Shown piece after piece: positions 13,270 to 25,482 of a stretch of DNA of 64,000 bases. Both the position numbers and the translations under genes were made by a program. Source of the stretch: Mobula hypostoma (Eukaryota); contig NC_086097.1 in NCBI RefSeq assembly GCF_963921235.1, positions 63,242,001 to 63,306,000 of the forward strand, in the 5' to 3' direction. The notes below the pieces were generated by a model. That model saw only the letters and a list, made by a program, of their open reading frames with translations, had not been told where the DNA came from and did not search any database. The stretch's first letter is position 1, and each line of letters opens with the position of its first letter.

Positions 13270-13745
13270 GTTCATCCCTGGCAAGGGGAAAAGTAGCACC
13301 TCCTACACCTCCTTCCTCATCACTATTTATGGCCCCAATAGTCCTTACAGGTGAGGCAGCACTTCACCAGCATGTCTATTGGGATCATGTACCTAACCAG
13401 GTGTTCAGGTGCTCCTGGTGAGACCTAACATAGGTTGGGGGGATTGCTTTGTTGAGCACCTTTGCTCCATCTGTCAGCAAAGGTAGGATTCCCTACTGGC
13501 CACATATTTCAATTTGACTTCCAATTCCCATTCCGACATACCGGTCCATGGCTTCCTCTGCTACTATAATATGGATTCACCCAGCTCAGAGGTGTAACCC
13601 CTCATAATCCACCTGATAAACTGCCAACCTGATGTCATGAGTATGGATTTCTCTAACTTCCTATATTTGCTCCCCTCCCTCTTCTCTCTTTGTCTCCTTT
13701 CATTCCTTCTCTTCTCCTTACCTGCCCTTCACCTCCCATCCACAC
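13270..13745 (+). mobile_element. Degraded Penelope GIY-YIG/3' fragment
   Basis: Similar to 23270-23760, e.g. CAGGTGAGGCAGCACTTCACC...TCCCATTCCGACAT...GATTTCTCTAACTTCC. Confidence 0.7.
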
Positions 13746-13879
13746 CTCTCTCTCGTTGGTGAGAATATTGGAGACAGTGAGAGTGACCTTTCCCATGACA
13801 AGGATAGGAGGAGATGACATGGAAAGTTATTTAATTGAGGGTGGGAGCAGTGTACATTCCACCTGAGGCCAATGTCAGC

Positions 13880-16420
13880 TAGGCATTGGAGGGGCTGAGC
13901 AACATAATCAGCAGGGATGAAACCACACAACCCAGAGACTTCTCTATCGTTTCAACCAGGCCAGCTTGAAGAAGTCTATGAGCAATCACCATCGATATAT
14001 AACGTGTGGAACCAAAGGAGGCATTACACTTATAAATATTATACCACCATCAAGACTGCATACTGTGCCATCCCACACCTTGAAAAGTCCAATGACTTGG
14101 CTGTACTTGTACTCCCAGTGTATAGGCAGAAACTAAAGACTGCACCACCAGAGGTGAGGCCAAGAAGGTATGGTTTAAAGAAGCGGAGGAGCACCTACAG
14201 GACTGCTTTGAGTTGGTGGACTGGACAATATTCAGGAATTCATCTTTGAATCTGAATGAATACGCCACAGTTGTCATCAATGTCATCAGGACCTGTGTGG
14301 ATAAGTGTGTACCTTCAAGAACTTACCAAACGTACCCAAACCAAAAGCCATGGATGAACCAGGAGATTTGTAGTCTGCTGTGGACTAGATCTGTGCCATT
14401 CAGAACTATACAAGATGTCTCAGGTACGACCAATGAAAGGCAAAAAGACCAATTCCAATTGAGGTTCGAGATGGATTTGGATGAACGTCAGCTCTGGCAG
14501 GATTTGCAGGCCGTTACATCCTATAAAGCAAAACCTAACATCATGGATGTCTGTAATGCTTCACTCCCAGATGAGTTCAATGTCTTTTTTTAATGCATGC
14601 TTTGAAAGGGAGAATAAGACTATCCCTGAGTGAATTCCTGCAACATTTGGTGTCCCTGTGATCACCATCATCAGAGCACCTTTCAAGAAGGTGAGTCCTC
14701 ACAAGGTGTCAGGCTCCAGTGGTGTACCTGCTCGGGCTCTGAAAACCCTTGCCAACCAATGACAGGTGTCTTCAAGGACATCTTCAATCTCTCACGGCTA
14801 CAGTCAGATGTTCCTGTAGGGTAACACAATTGGGAGAAATGTACATAATTCACAGCCACCAGCATTCAGTTAGGATTTCACTTTGAGACTGGTCTTATGT
14901 GATGACGTAAAAGGTTTTCAGCGCACTTCTGTTGTGTAGGTTTTGGGGTTCAATAGAATGTGTTACAAGTTTCATTAAACATCAAAAGCTCCTCACTTTG
15001 TTTTATTTATGCAACCTGCATTCCAACTTATTTCAAAAGCGTGACAATCATACCAGTGCCCAGGAGGTGCAGGGTGAGCTGCCTCAATAACTATTGCCAA
15101 GTGGCACTCACATCTACAGTGATGAACTTCTCCGATGGTAGCAGTGGGAAGAGGGCTTGTCCTGGGTGATGGGAATGATTGATGCTGCCTTTTCCAGGCA
15201 TCGCTCCATGAAGATACCCTGGATGATGGGGAGGCTAGTTCCAATGAGGGAGTTGACTGAGATTATAACTTTCTGCAGTCTGTTTCAGTCCTGTTCAGTT
15301 CTCATCCCCCCCATAACAGCCAGTTAGAATGCTCTCTGTGGTACATCTGCAGAAATATGCAACATATCAAATCATCTCAAACTCCTAATGAAATACAGGC
15401 ACAGTCATGCCTTCTTGTGTAACTGCATTGATATGTTGGTCTCAGGACAGATCCTCAGAAATGTTGACACCTAGGAACTTGAAATTGCTCACTCTTTCCA
15501 CCTCTGATCCCTCTGTGAGGACTGGTGTGTGTTCCTGCATCTCACCCTTCTGAAGTCCACAATCAATTCTTTGGTCTTACTGACGTTGAGTATAAGGTTT
15601 CTGCTGCAACACCTCTCAACCAGCTGATCTACTTCACTCCTCTACACCTTCTCATCACCTTCTGAAATCCCACCATCAATAGTTGTGTTGTCAGCAAACT
15701 TATAGATGGCATATGATGTGCGTCTCATCACACAGTCATGGGTGTGGAGAGAGTAGAGCAGTGACAAAGCACACATCCTTGATGTGTGCCAGTGTTGATT
15801 ATTAGTGAGGCGGAGATGTTATTTCTGATCTGCACAGACTGTGGTATTCCAGGGAGGAAGTCAAGGATCCAGTTACAGAGGCCCAGGTTTTGACCTTTTT
15901 GAGCAGACCTGGAGGGATGATTATGGACTTCAGAAGGGTAAGATGGAGAGCATTCCAACTGGTTGCATCACCATCTGGATGAAGGGACTACTGCACAGGA
16001 TTGGAAAAAGCTGCAGAAAGTTGTAAACTCAGCCAGCTGTATCACGGGCACTAGCCTCCCCAGCATCCAGCACACCTTTAAAAGGTGATGTCTCAAAAAG
16101 GTGGATCCATTAATAAGGATTCCAGGACGTGCCCTCTTCTCATTGCTACCATTAAGGAGGAGGTAAGGGAGCCTGAAGGCACACACTCAATGATAGAGGA
16201 ACAGCCTCTTCCCGGCCACCATCAGATATTTGAATGGACTATGGACTCATGTACACTACCTCAGTATATTTCCTTCTCTCTTTCCACTACTTATTTAATT
16301 TGATTTTCTTCTTTTAAATATGCTTAGTGTAAATTATAGTTTTATTATTATGCATTACAATGTACTATTGCAGCAAAACAATATATTTCACAACATATGC
16401 CAGTGATGTTAAACCTGATT
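13880..16420. mobile_element. Degraded Rex/Babar LINE complex: + (13880-15128), - (15129-15900), + (15935-16420)
   Basis: Peptides YPNQKPWMN, NASLPDEFNVF, FKSVTIIPVP..SCLNNY..VALTS and CNWILDFL. The 3' UTR resembles 38590-38840. Confidence 0.75.
14815..15020 (+). mobile_element. Short solo LTR (206 bp)
   Basis: TGTAGG...CCTGCA termini, exact 4-bp TSD TTCC (14811-14814 / 15021-15024) and an internal ATTAAA. Removing it rejoins the LINE. Confidence 0.75.
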
Positions 16421-16439
16421 TTTTTTAATTCACATACTG

Positions 16440-16686
16440 CACAGAGAAGGCCCTTCTGGCCCTTTGAGCTGTGCTGGCCGGCAATCCCCCAGCTTAATCC
16501 TAGCCTAATCATGGGATAATTTACAATGACTAATTAACCTACCAACTGGTAGGTCTTTGGGATGTGAGAGGAAACCCATGCGGTCACAGGAAGAACATAC
16601 AAACTCTTTACAGACTCTGGCAGGAATTGAACCCGGGTCTCCTGGACTATAATGCAATGTGCTAACCACTATGCTACCATGCTGCT
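16440..16686 (-). mobile_element. tRNA-derived SINE
   Basis: Minus strand has an A box TAGCATAGTGG (about 16666-16676), a B box GGTTCAATTCC (16623-16633) and a LINE-like 3' end. Confidence 0.75.
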
Positions 16687-16789
16687 CCCGATTCTGATTC
16701 GGATTCCGAGAATTACGATGAATTACGAGAATTATTATTAGGTAGGAACTTGGGACCTCAATTCCCAGTAAAATACACAACAGAAATTT

Positions 16790-18893
16790 AAACACTGTTG
16801 AGGGAGCACTTGCAAAGGGTTATGGATAGGTTTGTCCCATTAAGGCTGGGAAAGAAAACAAGGCTGAAGGAACCATGGTGTACGAGAGATGTGGAATATT
16901 TCGCCAAGGGAAAGAAAGAAGCATATTTAAGTTTTAGGAAGCAAGGATGACACAGGGCTCTAGAGAGACATTAACTAGAAGGAACTTAAGAATGGACTTT
17001 GGAGAGCAGAATATATTAGGATAGATAAGTCCCCAGGGCCAGACAGGAAATACCCAAGGTTAATACGGGGAAGTGAGGGAAGAGATTGCTGCACCTTTGT
17101 TATTCACTTGTTATTCCTTTGTTCAAGGAAGGTAATAGGATGAATCCTGGGAATTATAGACTGATGAGTCTTACATCAGTAGTGGACAGACTATTGGAGT
17201 GGATTCATAGAGACAGGATTTATGAGCTTTTGGAAAGGCATAGTCTGATTAGGGATAATCCGCATGGCTGTAATGTGCCTCACAGACCTGAATGAATTCT
17301 TTGAGGAAGAGACAAAACAAATTGATGAGGGTAGAGCAGCGGATGTGGTGTATATGGATTTTAGTAAGGTGACTGACAAGATTCCCTATGATAGGCTCAT
17401 TCCAAAAATCAGTTAGTGTGGGATCAAGGGAAATGTGGCTGCATGGATTCAGAGGGTGATAGGAGATGGGGTGCATTTTTATCTGGAGGCCCATGACCAA
17501 TGCTGTTTCACAGGGATCTGTTCTGGGACACCCTGCTCTTTGTGATTGTTATCAATGACTTGGATGTGGAAGTGGAAGGGTGGGTTAATAGCTTTAGAGA
17601 TGACACAAATGTTGGAGTTGTTGTGGACAGTTTAGAAGGCCATTGTGGGCTACAACAGGATGTTAGTAGGATGCAGAACTGGGCTGAGAAGAGGCAGACG
17701 GAGTTCAATCTGTAAATGTTTGAAGAGATAGACCTTAGAAGGTCAAACTTGAAGGTAGAGTGCAAAGTTAATGGCAGGATTCTTAGCCGTGTGGAAATAA
17801 ACAGAGGGATCTTGGGGTCTACGTCCATTGATCCTTCAAAGTTGCTAGGCAAGCTGTGTCACGATGTGTGCTGGCAATATCAGAACCCAAGTGCAAAGTA
17901 AAGACAGACTCCATTGTAGAGATGACAACGAGAGTTTATTCATAATAATTCCAAAAGAACATCAGTGACTCGACTGAGTGACAGCTTAAGAAGTAACATT
18001 CTCAAAACTTGGACCCCACAATGAACACTAATCAAGCGTCCACTTAAATAATACAAGTAACGTGGAATCCCTGAGCCTATCAAAATAAACTTAACAAGCT
18101 TACACACAAAGCACCAGGAGACCACATTACAAAGGACAAGTCACTGGAGAAAAATACAAGGAACGCTAAACAATTAGCAACTCTTGTTTAATGACAATTA
18201 ACCAATTCGCATGCCCTAAAAACCTCAGAGCCCTATGATCTCCAGCACCACACAAGCTGAGAGGGTGATTAAGAAGGCAGATAGTGTGTTTGCCTTCTTT
18301 ATTTAGGGGACTGAGTTCAAGATCTGCAAGGTAATGTTGAAGTTCTATAAAACTCTGGTTAGACCACATTTGGGGTATTATGTTCATTTCCGGTCCCATC
18401 ATTACAGAACAGACGCTTTAGGGAGGGTGCTGAGGAGATTTATCAGGATGCTGCCTGGTCTTGTCAGAACAGCTGAGTGAGCTGGAGTGTTTCCGTTTGG
18501 AGTAAAGGAGGATGAGAGGTGACTTGATAGAGATGTACAAGATGATAAGAGTCATAGATTGAATGGGCATCCAGAAACCTTGGCCCAGGGCAGAAATGAC
18601 TAATCTGAGGAGAAATCATTTTAAGCTAATTGGAGGGAAGTACGGGGGAGATGTCCGAGGTAGGCTTTTACACCAAGAGTATGGGATACATGAACTGGCT
18701 ACCAGCAATGGTGGAAAAGGCAAATATATTACAGCATTTAAAAGACTCTTAAAGAGGCACATGGATGAAAGAAATATAAATGTCTATGTGGGAAAGAAGG
18801 GTTAAATTGATCCTAGAGTGGGTTAAAATCTTGCCACCATATCGTGGGCAGAAGGACCTGTACTGTGAGTTACTGTTTTATGTTCTCTGTTCT
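16790..18893 (+). mobile_element. Degraded CR1 LINE split by a solo LTR
   Basis: Peptides PLFKEG..NPGNYRLMSLTS and INDLD..FRDDT. TTCT(A/G)TG-type tail at about 18880. Confidence 0.85.
17857..18254 (-). mobile_element. Solo LTR (398 bp)
   Basis: TGT...ACA termini, TSD AGCTG (17852-17856 / 18255-18259) and a minus-strand AATAAA (TTTATT at 17935-17940). The CR1 rejoins across it. Confidence 0.75.
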
Positions 18894-19669
18894 AAACTTG
18901 GATTGTTTTTCCTAGTGTGTCAGAGGATGAGGGGAGACCTGATAGAGTTTTTAAAATTATGAGTCATCAGTAAACAATCAGAATCTTTTCCCCAGGATAG
19001 AAATATTAAACACGAGGATATGCTTTTAATCTGCTTAAAATTATTATCTGACGTATATTATTTAGCAAGCATTACTCTAAAGACCAACTTGGGAAAGTTG
19101 CTCTTTCATTACGTAAACTCAGCATATATTAGGAACCAACATCTTTCCCTGCTTGCTACTAAAAATTTGACAATCAGCAACTCCACTGAAAATCTCAAGA
19201 AAATCCAGCATTAAATGCCATGTCATTTAGGAAAGAATTAATTAATATCACAACCATCACCATTCTCAGTTCTGAGACCTCTGACCTTACCTGGCTAACC
19301 ATTATGCAGCAAGCTCTTAAAATTTCTCCTGATGACATCCAAACGGCCTCTCCAATTAAGATATTATATCAGTGCAGCATCCTAAACCAACTTTTCTCAG
19401 AATTAGGGCAGAAATCTATCAACCACTGATTACCAGTTCACTGAATGATCTGAGTCTTTCTAAATAAACTTATCTTACCTCCTATTCTGGTGCCATATGT
19501 AGCCCCAGATACTTTGTTCAGAAACTATTATCCTTGGCCACCAGCTAGGTTTTTAAATTTAGCCAAAGCACGTATATATATAAAAATAATATAATCCACA
19601 TTCTCCCTGTCCATATTTGTTTATTCTTTTAGAAGACAAGGGCTATCACTTGAGCCCCATCCTTAACTT

Positions 19670-20780
19670 ATTTAAACTAACCAAAATACAATATATTAAT
19701 AATAATAATAACAAGAATAAACTATGCCTTTTCATTATTACATTCACAGACAATGTGTTAAATTACATTTATTTTAAACCAGCAGCACTGTTGCCACTCA
19801 GGTAGCCAACTAATGTGCTCCTTCCCAAACAGACTTCTCCCTGTCCAGCAATGTGAGAACCCTATACTGTCATCTATCACCATCAAACCTCAGGACATCC
19901 GTCAGCAGGTATTCCTGTGGCCTGAAGATCTCAGTCAGCGGCATTCCTCTGCAGGCGTCTCCATGCAGACCAACAGGTTTCAGGCAGGTCAAAGGGCAAC
20001 TTTCCTCAAGTTGCTGGTTTTCTAGCAGCACGTGATGTCAGTCTCTCTGTAGATTCCTGGGAACAACCGGTAGATCAGAGAATCCACTGTCACCCAGCTA
20101 CTTGGGTGGAGCTGTTACGAAAGCCTTTGCATCTTTCTCCACGTCCTCTTTGCAAACCCAGAGCCCATAAGGAGAAGAGCAGCCATCTTCTCCCTACTAC
20201 AGTTCTCTTGGGGGCAGCGTGCAGTAGAAGTGATGTACTGAGGAATGATTTAACTTGGAGGGACCCCTCACTACCAGACAAACAAAGCCTTCATCTTTGT
20301 TGTTCAGGTGATGAGGCATTCTGCCAAATGGTCTGGACAGTGTGCTCAGTAAATCACTTCACAAGATCCATTGAGTCCTTTGCCTACAGGACATTCCACA
20401 CCTGATGGACTTGTGCTCAGAGGTGTTGGTCAGGAAGAACATTTTCATGAAGGACAGATAATGTGATAAAAGCCAGCAGTCGGCGCAGCAACAGGGTCAG
20501 ACCCATCCTTTGCAACACTTACATACTTCGTTGCGTCTGAGTATGTTGGTTCCACACACAGCCTACTGCAGTCAGACACAAAGGTGATCATCGGGATGAG
20601 GGAGGCATTGGGTACGTTTTTGCCCCCAACATCCAGACCCTGGTGCATCCTGACCCATCTGATTCACTCCATTTGCATCCCGAGATGAACTAGAAGGCAG
20701 CCCAGCCGATTTCCAAGCTGGACAAGCAGGAGATGGGCCACACTTGCACCAAGTACAACAGCCTTGAGAGCACCTCACAC
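19670..20780 (-). mobile_element. Degraded Tx1/L1-clade LINE 3' portion
   Basis: Broken minus frames give RCPQENCSREK...GFAKRTWRKMQ (decayed zinc-knuckle region) and KVAL*PA*NLLV...EECR*L...QEYLLTDVLRF, resembling Tx1 ORF2 C-termini. Confidence 0.6.
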
Positions 20781-20793
20781 ACGCATCCTTAAC

Positions 20794-20990
20794 CTTTTTT
20801 ATTAACCAAAATAATTCATCAACCAAATTCATCATGACAAGTACTTACAAGAAAAAAACTGTGCAACACCTTTACATTCGTATATTCATAATCAATGATT
20901 CATTGTTAAATTACGTTGTTTAAAGCCAATAACACCGTTGCCACTCATGTAGCCTCCTGGGGTGGGACACTGCAACAATGAGTGGTTTTC
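20794..20990 (-). mobile_element. Second, short Tx1-like 3' end
   Basis: T-run plus TTTATT at 20794-20803. Shares TGTTAAATTAC...GTTGCCACTCA(G/T)GTAGCC with 19756-19807. Confidence 0.5.
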
Positions 20991-21301
20991 TCTTATGAAA
21001 TTGCTCTTTGAGAAAAGCCTCTTTTTGGAATTAAAGTTTTGAAATTACTTTAAAATTCACTCTTCCTTGCATTCATACTGATTAAAATTCCAAGTTATCA
21101 TAGGATATGGAGAATGAAATCCATCAGATGTAACTTGGCTGGATTTGATTGCAATGACAATCCCTTTCAAGAAAGTGTGAGCAGAGTGCACAAATTGCTC
21201 TGTACACATGACTGCACAGCCAAACCCCCAAGTTTGCCGATGTCATAACAGTCATGGGGCTCATCGCCAACGACGATGAGATGGCCTACAGAGAGGAGGT
21301 G

Positions 21302-22167
21302 TGTTACGAACCCACAGGTTTCATTTACTGTGGACTGTCACTTTAAGAGCGCCTAAGTGAGGTGGGACTATGATGTTGTTCACTGACTGACTTGCAGCTT
21401 GTTTAACTTTAAAACGAGAGAGGGGGAGAGAGGGGGAGAGGGGGGAGAGGGGGGGAGAGGGGGGAGAGGGGGGGAGAGGGGGATATTGATTATATATATG
21501 GGGGAAAGGAGACCAGCTGATGAAACCTCAGCTGGTCACTGCGATGGTTCGAAACTCTCTTATGCCCACAAGGGTGGGTTAAATATCTGCACACAGTGCA
21601 CTACGAATGGGTGTCTGTCACTTCGTATAATCCAAAGGAGTAGATTTTGTTTGGGATATCCTGTGGAGACCACTTATGAGTTAACCCTTGCCTGGGTATG
21701 TTGTGTGACAACCTCTTGAAGACAATATCCCTGTGAGAGATCACTTTCAGTAATAATTCGTATGTGGATTTGGAACGATGACAGACAAGATCTATGGCGA
21801 CTGTTATCTCGTCTTACCATCGTGGAATCTGTGGAATACTTCATAATTACCTCTTCTCTACGTTTCACCCTGGATTACAAATATCTCTCTCCTATCATAC
21901 AACATTTGTACATTCCATGGATAAACTGAACTTTCCTACTTTACCATTTCAAGGCTCTCAGCTTTGTTTCCCCAAGCTCAACTTAGTTTGGAAGTTATAT
22001 TTATATATTTATATACATACACATAACACTGTTAACATCTGTTTATCTTGGTTAAGTTACGATATTATAAGTAGATTCTAATAAAGATAGTGGTTTTATC
22101 ATTAAAACCCGACTCAGTGTGAAATCTCTTGCTGCTGGTTTATCTCTAAAAGTTACTGTACATAACA
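21302..22167 (+). repeat. 5' LTR of the Gmr1-like element
   Basis: TGTTAC...ATAACA termini; direct repeat of 30685-31499. Confidence 0.93.
21417..21483 (+). repeat. Purine-rich (GGGGGAGA-type) microsatellite within the LTR
   Basis: Read directly; a shorter version is in the 3' LTR at about 30819-30860. Confidence 0.9.
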
Positions 22168-22171
22168 GAAT

Positions 22172-22185
22172 TGGGGGCTCGTCCG
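22172..22185 (+). promoter_or_regulatory. Primer-binding site, tRNA-Pro type
   Basis: TGGGGGCTCGTCCG, 4 nt after the 5' LTR, equals the first 14 nt of the known tRNA-Pro PBS TGGGGGCTCGTCCGGGAT. Confidence 0.85.
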
Positions 22186-22207
22186 CAAAATGAACAAATT
22201 TGGAGCT

Positions 22208-23946
22208 CAAACAACAGGAATTCTGCAGATGCTGGAAATTCAAGCAACATACATCAAAGTTGCTGGTGAGTGCAGCAGGCCAAGCAGCATCTATAGGAAG
22301 AGGCGCAGTCGACGTTTCAGGCCGAGACCCTTCGTCAGGACTAACTGAAGGAAGAGTGAGTAAGGGATTTGAAAGCTGGAGGGGGAGGGGGAGATGCAAA
22401 ATGATAGGAGAAGACAGGAGGGGGAGGGATGGAGCCGAGAGCTGGACAGGTGATAGGCAAAAGGGGATACGAGAGGATCATGGGACAGGAGGTCCGGGAA
22501 GAAAGACGGGGGGGGGGTGACCCAGAGGATGGGCAAGAGGTATATTCAGAGGGACAGAGGGAGAAAAAGGAGAGTGAGAGAAAGAATGTGTGCATAAAAA
22601 TGAGTAACAGATGGGGTAGGAGGGGGAGGTGGGTCCTTAGCAGAAGTTAGAGAAGTCGATGTTCATGCCATCAGGTTGGAGGCTACCCAGACAGAATATA
22701 AGGTGTTGTTCCTCCAACCTGAGTGTGGCTTCATCCCTCCCCTTTCTAGATCTTTCTGTCTCTGTCTCTGGAGACAGCTTATCCACTGATGTCTACTATA
22801 AGCCTACTGACTCTCACAGCTATCTGGACTATTCCTCTTCTCACCCTGTCTCTTGCAAAAACGCCATCCCCTTCTCGCAATTCCTCCGTCTCCGCCGCAT
22901 CTGCTCTCAGGATGAGGCTTTTCATTCTAGGACGAGGGAGATGTCTTCCTTTTTAAAGAAAGGGGCTTCCCTTCCTCCACTATCAACTCTGCTCTTAAAC
23001 GCATCTCCCCCATTTCACGTACATCTGCTCTCACTCCATCCTCCCACCACCCCACTAGGAATAGGGTTCCCCTGGTCCTCACCTACCACCCCACCAGCCT
23101 CCGGGTCCAACATATTATTCTCCGTAACTTCCGCCACCTCCAACAGGATCCCACCACTAAGCACATCTTTCCCTCCCCCCCCTCTCTGCATTCCGCAGGG
23201 ATCGCTCCCTACACAACTCCCTTGTCCATTCGTCCCCCCCATCCCTCCCCACTGATCTCCCTCCTGGCACTTATCCGTGTAAGCGGAACAAGTGCTACAC
23301 ATGCCCTTACACTTCCTCCCTTACCACCATTCAGGGCCCCAAACAGTCCTTCCAGGTGAGGCATCACTTCACCTGTGAGTCGACTGGGGTGATATACTGG
23401 GTCCGGTGCTCTCGATGTGGCCTTTTATATATTGGTGAGACCCGACGCAGACTGGGAGATCGCTTTGCTGAACATCTACGCTCTGTCCGCCAGAGAAAGC
23501 AGGATCTCCCAGTGGCCACACATTTTAATTCCACATCCCATTCCCATTCTGACATGTCTATCCACGGCCTCCTCTACTGTAAAGATGAAGCCACACTCAG
23601 GTTGGAGGAACAACACCTTATATTCCGTCTGGGTAGCCTCCAACCTGATGGCATGAACATCGGCTTCTCTAACTTCCGCTAAGGCCCCACCTCCCCCTCG
23701 TACCCCGTCTGTTACTCATTTTTATGCACACATTCTTTCTCTCACTCTCCTTTTTCTCCCTCTGTCCCTCTGAATATACCTCTTGCCCATCCTCTGGGTC
23801 ACCCCCCCCCTTGTCTTTCTTCCCGGACCTCCTGTCCCATGATCCTCTCGTATCCCCTTTTGCCTATCACCTGTCCAGCTCTTGGCTCCATCCCTCCCCC
23901 TCCTGTCCCACGATCCTCTCGTATCCCCTTTTGCCTATCACCTGTC
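22208..23946. mobile_element. Penelope-like element with inverted structure: minus arm 22208-22735, plus arm 22736-23946
   Basis: Plus arm encodes the RT C-terminus and GIY-YIG (VIYWVRCSRCGLLYIGETRRRLGDRFAEH). Minus arm holds a complete pLTR end. TSD CAAATTTGGAGCT (22195-22207 / 23947-23959). Confidence 0.93.
22307..22342 (-). ncRNA. Minimal hammerhead ribozyme motif
   Basis: Minus strand reads AGTC-CTGACGA-AGGGTCTCGGCCT-GAAA-CGTC-GACT; core intact. Confidence 0.75.
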
Positions 23947-24031
23947 CAAATTTGGAGCTTATTGTTTAATTTGTTATCGATCTCATTGGCTACTTCTCTT
24001 TTGATTTACTTGTGTGTGGAAATCAGCAGCA

Positions 24032-25482
24032 ATGGATATTAATGCATTTCTGGAAGCTCCAACCCCTGGGGCATTATGGGATGCCAGAAATGATGATTTG
24101 TTGGGCATTGCTAAAGAGCTGAACCTTACGGAGGTAAAGCAGGGTATGAAAAAGTCAGAGATTCAGAGGAAAATAGTTGAGCACTTTGTATCTACGGAGG
24201 CGTTTGAAGAGGGGATATTAAAATTGTTTCCTGAAAGTAAACCAGATCTCCTCGAGATCCAGTTATAGCTGGAACAAATAAATTTACAGAAACTTAGATT
24301 TGAACTAGAGGTTGAAGGGAGATGACAACAAATGCAGCTGGAGGCTGCCGGAAGAGAAAATGAAAGACAAACGAGATTTGAGATAGAGAAGTTGGACAAG
24401 CTACAGCAAAGGGGTCTAATGTTTGACTCTGGTGAGAAGTTTGTGGCCAGTCGGGAAGTTAAATCGGTCCCTCCATTTAATGAAGCCAAGGTTGATAAAT
24501 ACTTTCAGCATTTTGAGAAGGTTGCGCAGAACTTAAAGTGGCCAAAAGTTAGTTGGTCTCTTCTCTTACAAAGTGTAATTAAAGGAAAAGCTCAACAAGC
24601 TTATTCTGCCTTGTCAGTTGAAAATGCAGCTGATTCTGACATTTTGAAACAAGCTGTGCTTAAAGCCTATGAATTGGTTCCAGAAGCCTATAGACAGAAG
24701 TTTAGAAATTTGAGGGAATCTGTGAACCAGACTTTTGTGGAATTTGCTTATGAGGTTTGTGCATTTTGACCAGTGGTGCACATCCAAAAATGGTTTTAAC
24801 AGCTTGAAAGAGTTGGTTTTAATTGAAGAACTTAAGAGGTGCATCCCTAATGACATAAAGGTATACTTAGATGAAAAGGATGCCACCACTTTGCAAGAGT
24901 CTGCTAGATTAGCGATGAATTTGCTTTAACCCACAAGCTTAAGTTTACCCCAAGTAAGAGCTTCCAAAAGAGCAGCATGGATAACCGAGGTAAACTACAA
25001 ATTAAGTCTGGAAGTAGTGTCAAAAGTAAGGATGGAGGGAAGCAAGTGAAGGAGAAATATTCTGGTCTTACTTATCACTATTGTAGGAAAACTGGTCACA
25101 TTATGGCTAATTGTTCCATCCTGAAGAAGAGGAAGGAAAGGGAGGCAGTCCCAGATCCTTGTATTCAGCATGTTGAAACACCTATAAACCCACAGGGTTC
25201 TACACATTTTGGTGAGGCTCAGTTAAGGACTGAGAGGTCTGACCGAGTTAAGAAGGGATTCCATCATTTTACGTCAGATGGGTTTGTTTCAGTGAATGAA
25301 GGGTCAACCCCAGTACCAGTGAAAATTCTTCAGGATACTGGGGCGTCTCAGTCACTCTTGTTAGACAGTGATCTAAAGTTTAATGATGAGACTAACATTG
25401 GTGGGGTAAACCTTATCAAAGGCATTGAAGGCCATGTTGTTTCGCTACCTCTGCACAAGGTAATTCTGAAGTCAGGATTAGT
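24032..25482 (+). pseudogene. Gmr1-like gag and protease remnant
   Basis: Peptides VPPFNEAKVDKYFQHFEK..W, LKAYELVPEAYRQKFR (capsid/SCAN-related), the decayed knuckle YHYCRKTGHIMANC and ILQDTGASQSL. Contains stops and frameshifts. Confidence 0.85.

Noticed and set aside
22659..23255. 198-aa ORF as a novel protein
   Set aside because: It is a chimera read across the Penelope inversion junction and a frameshift.
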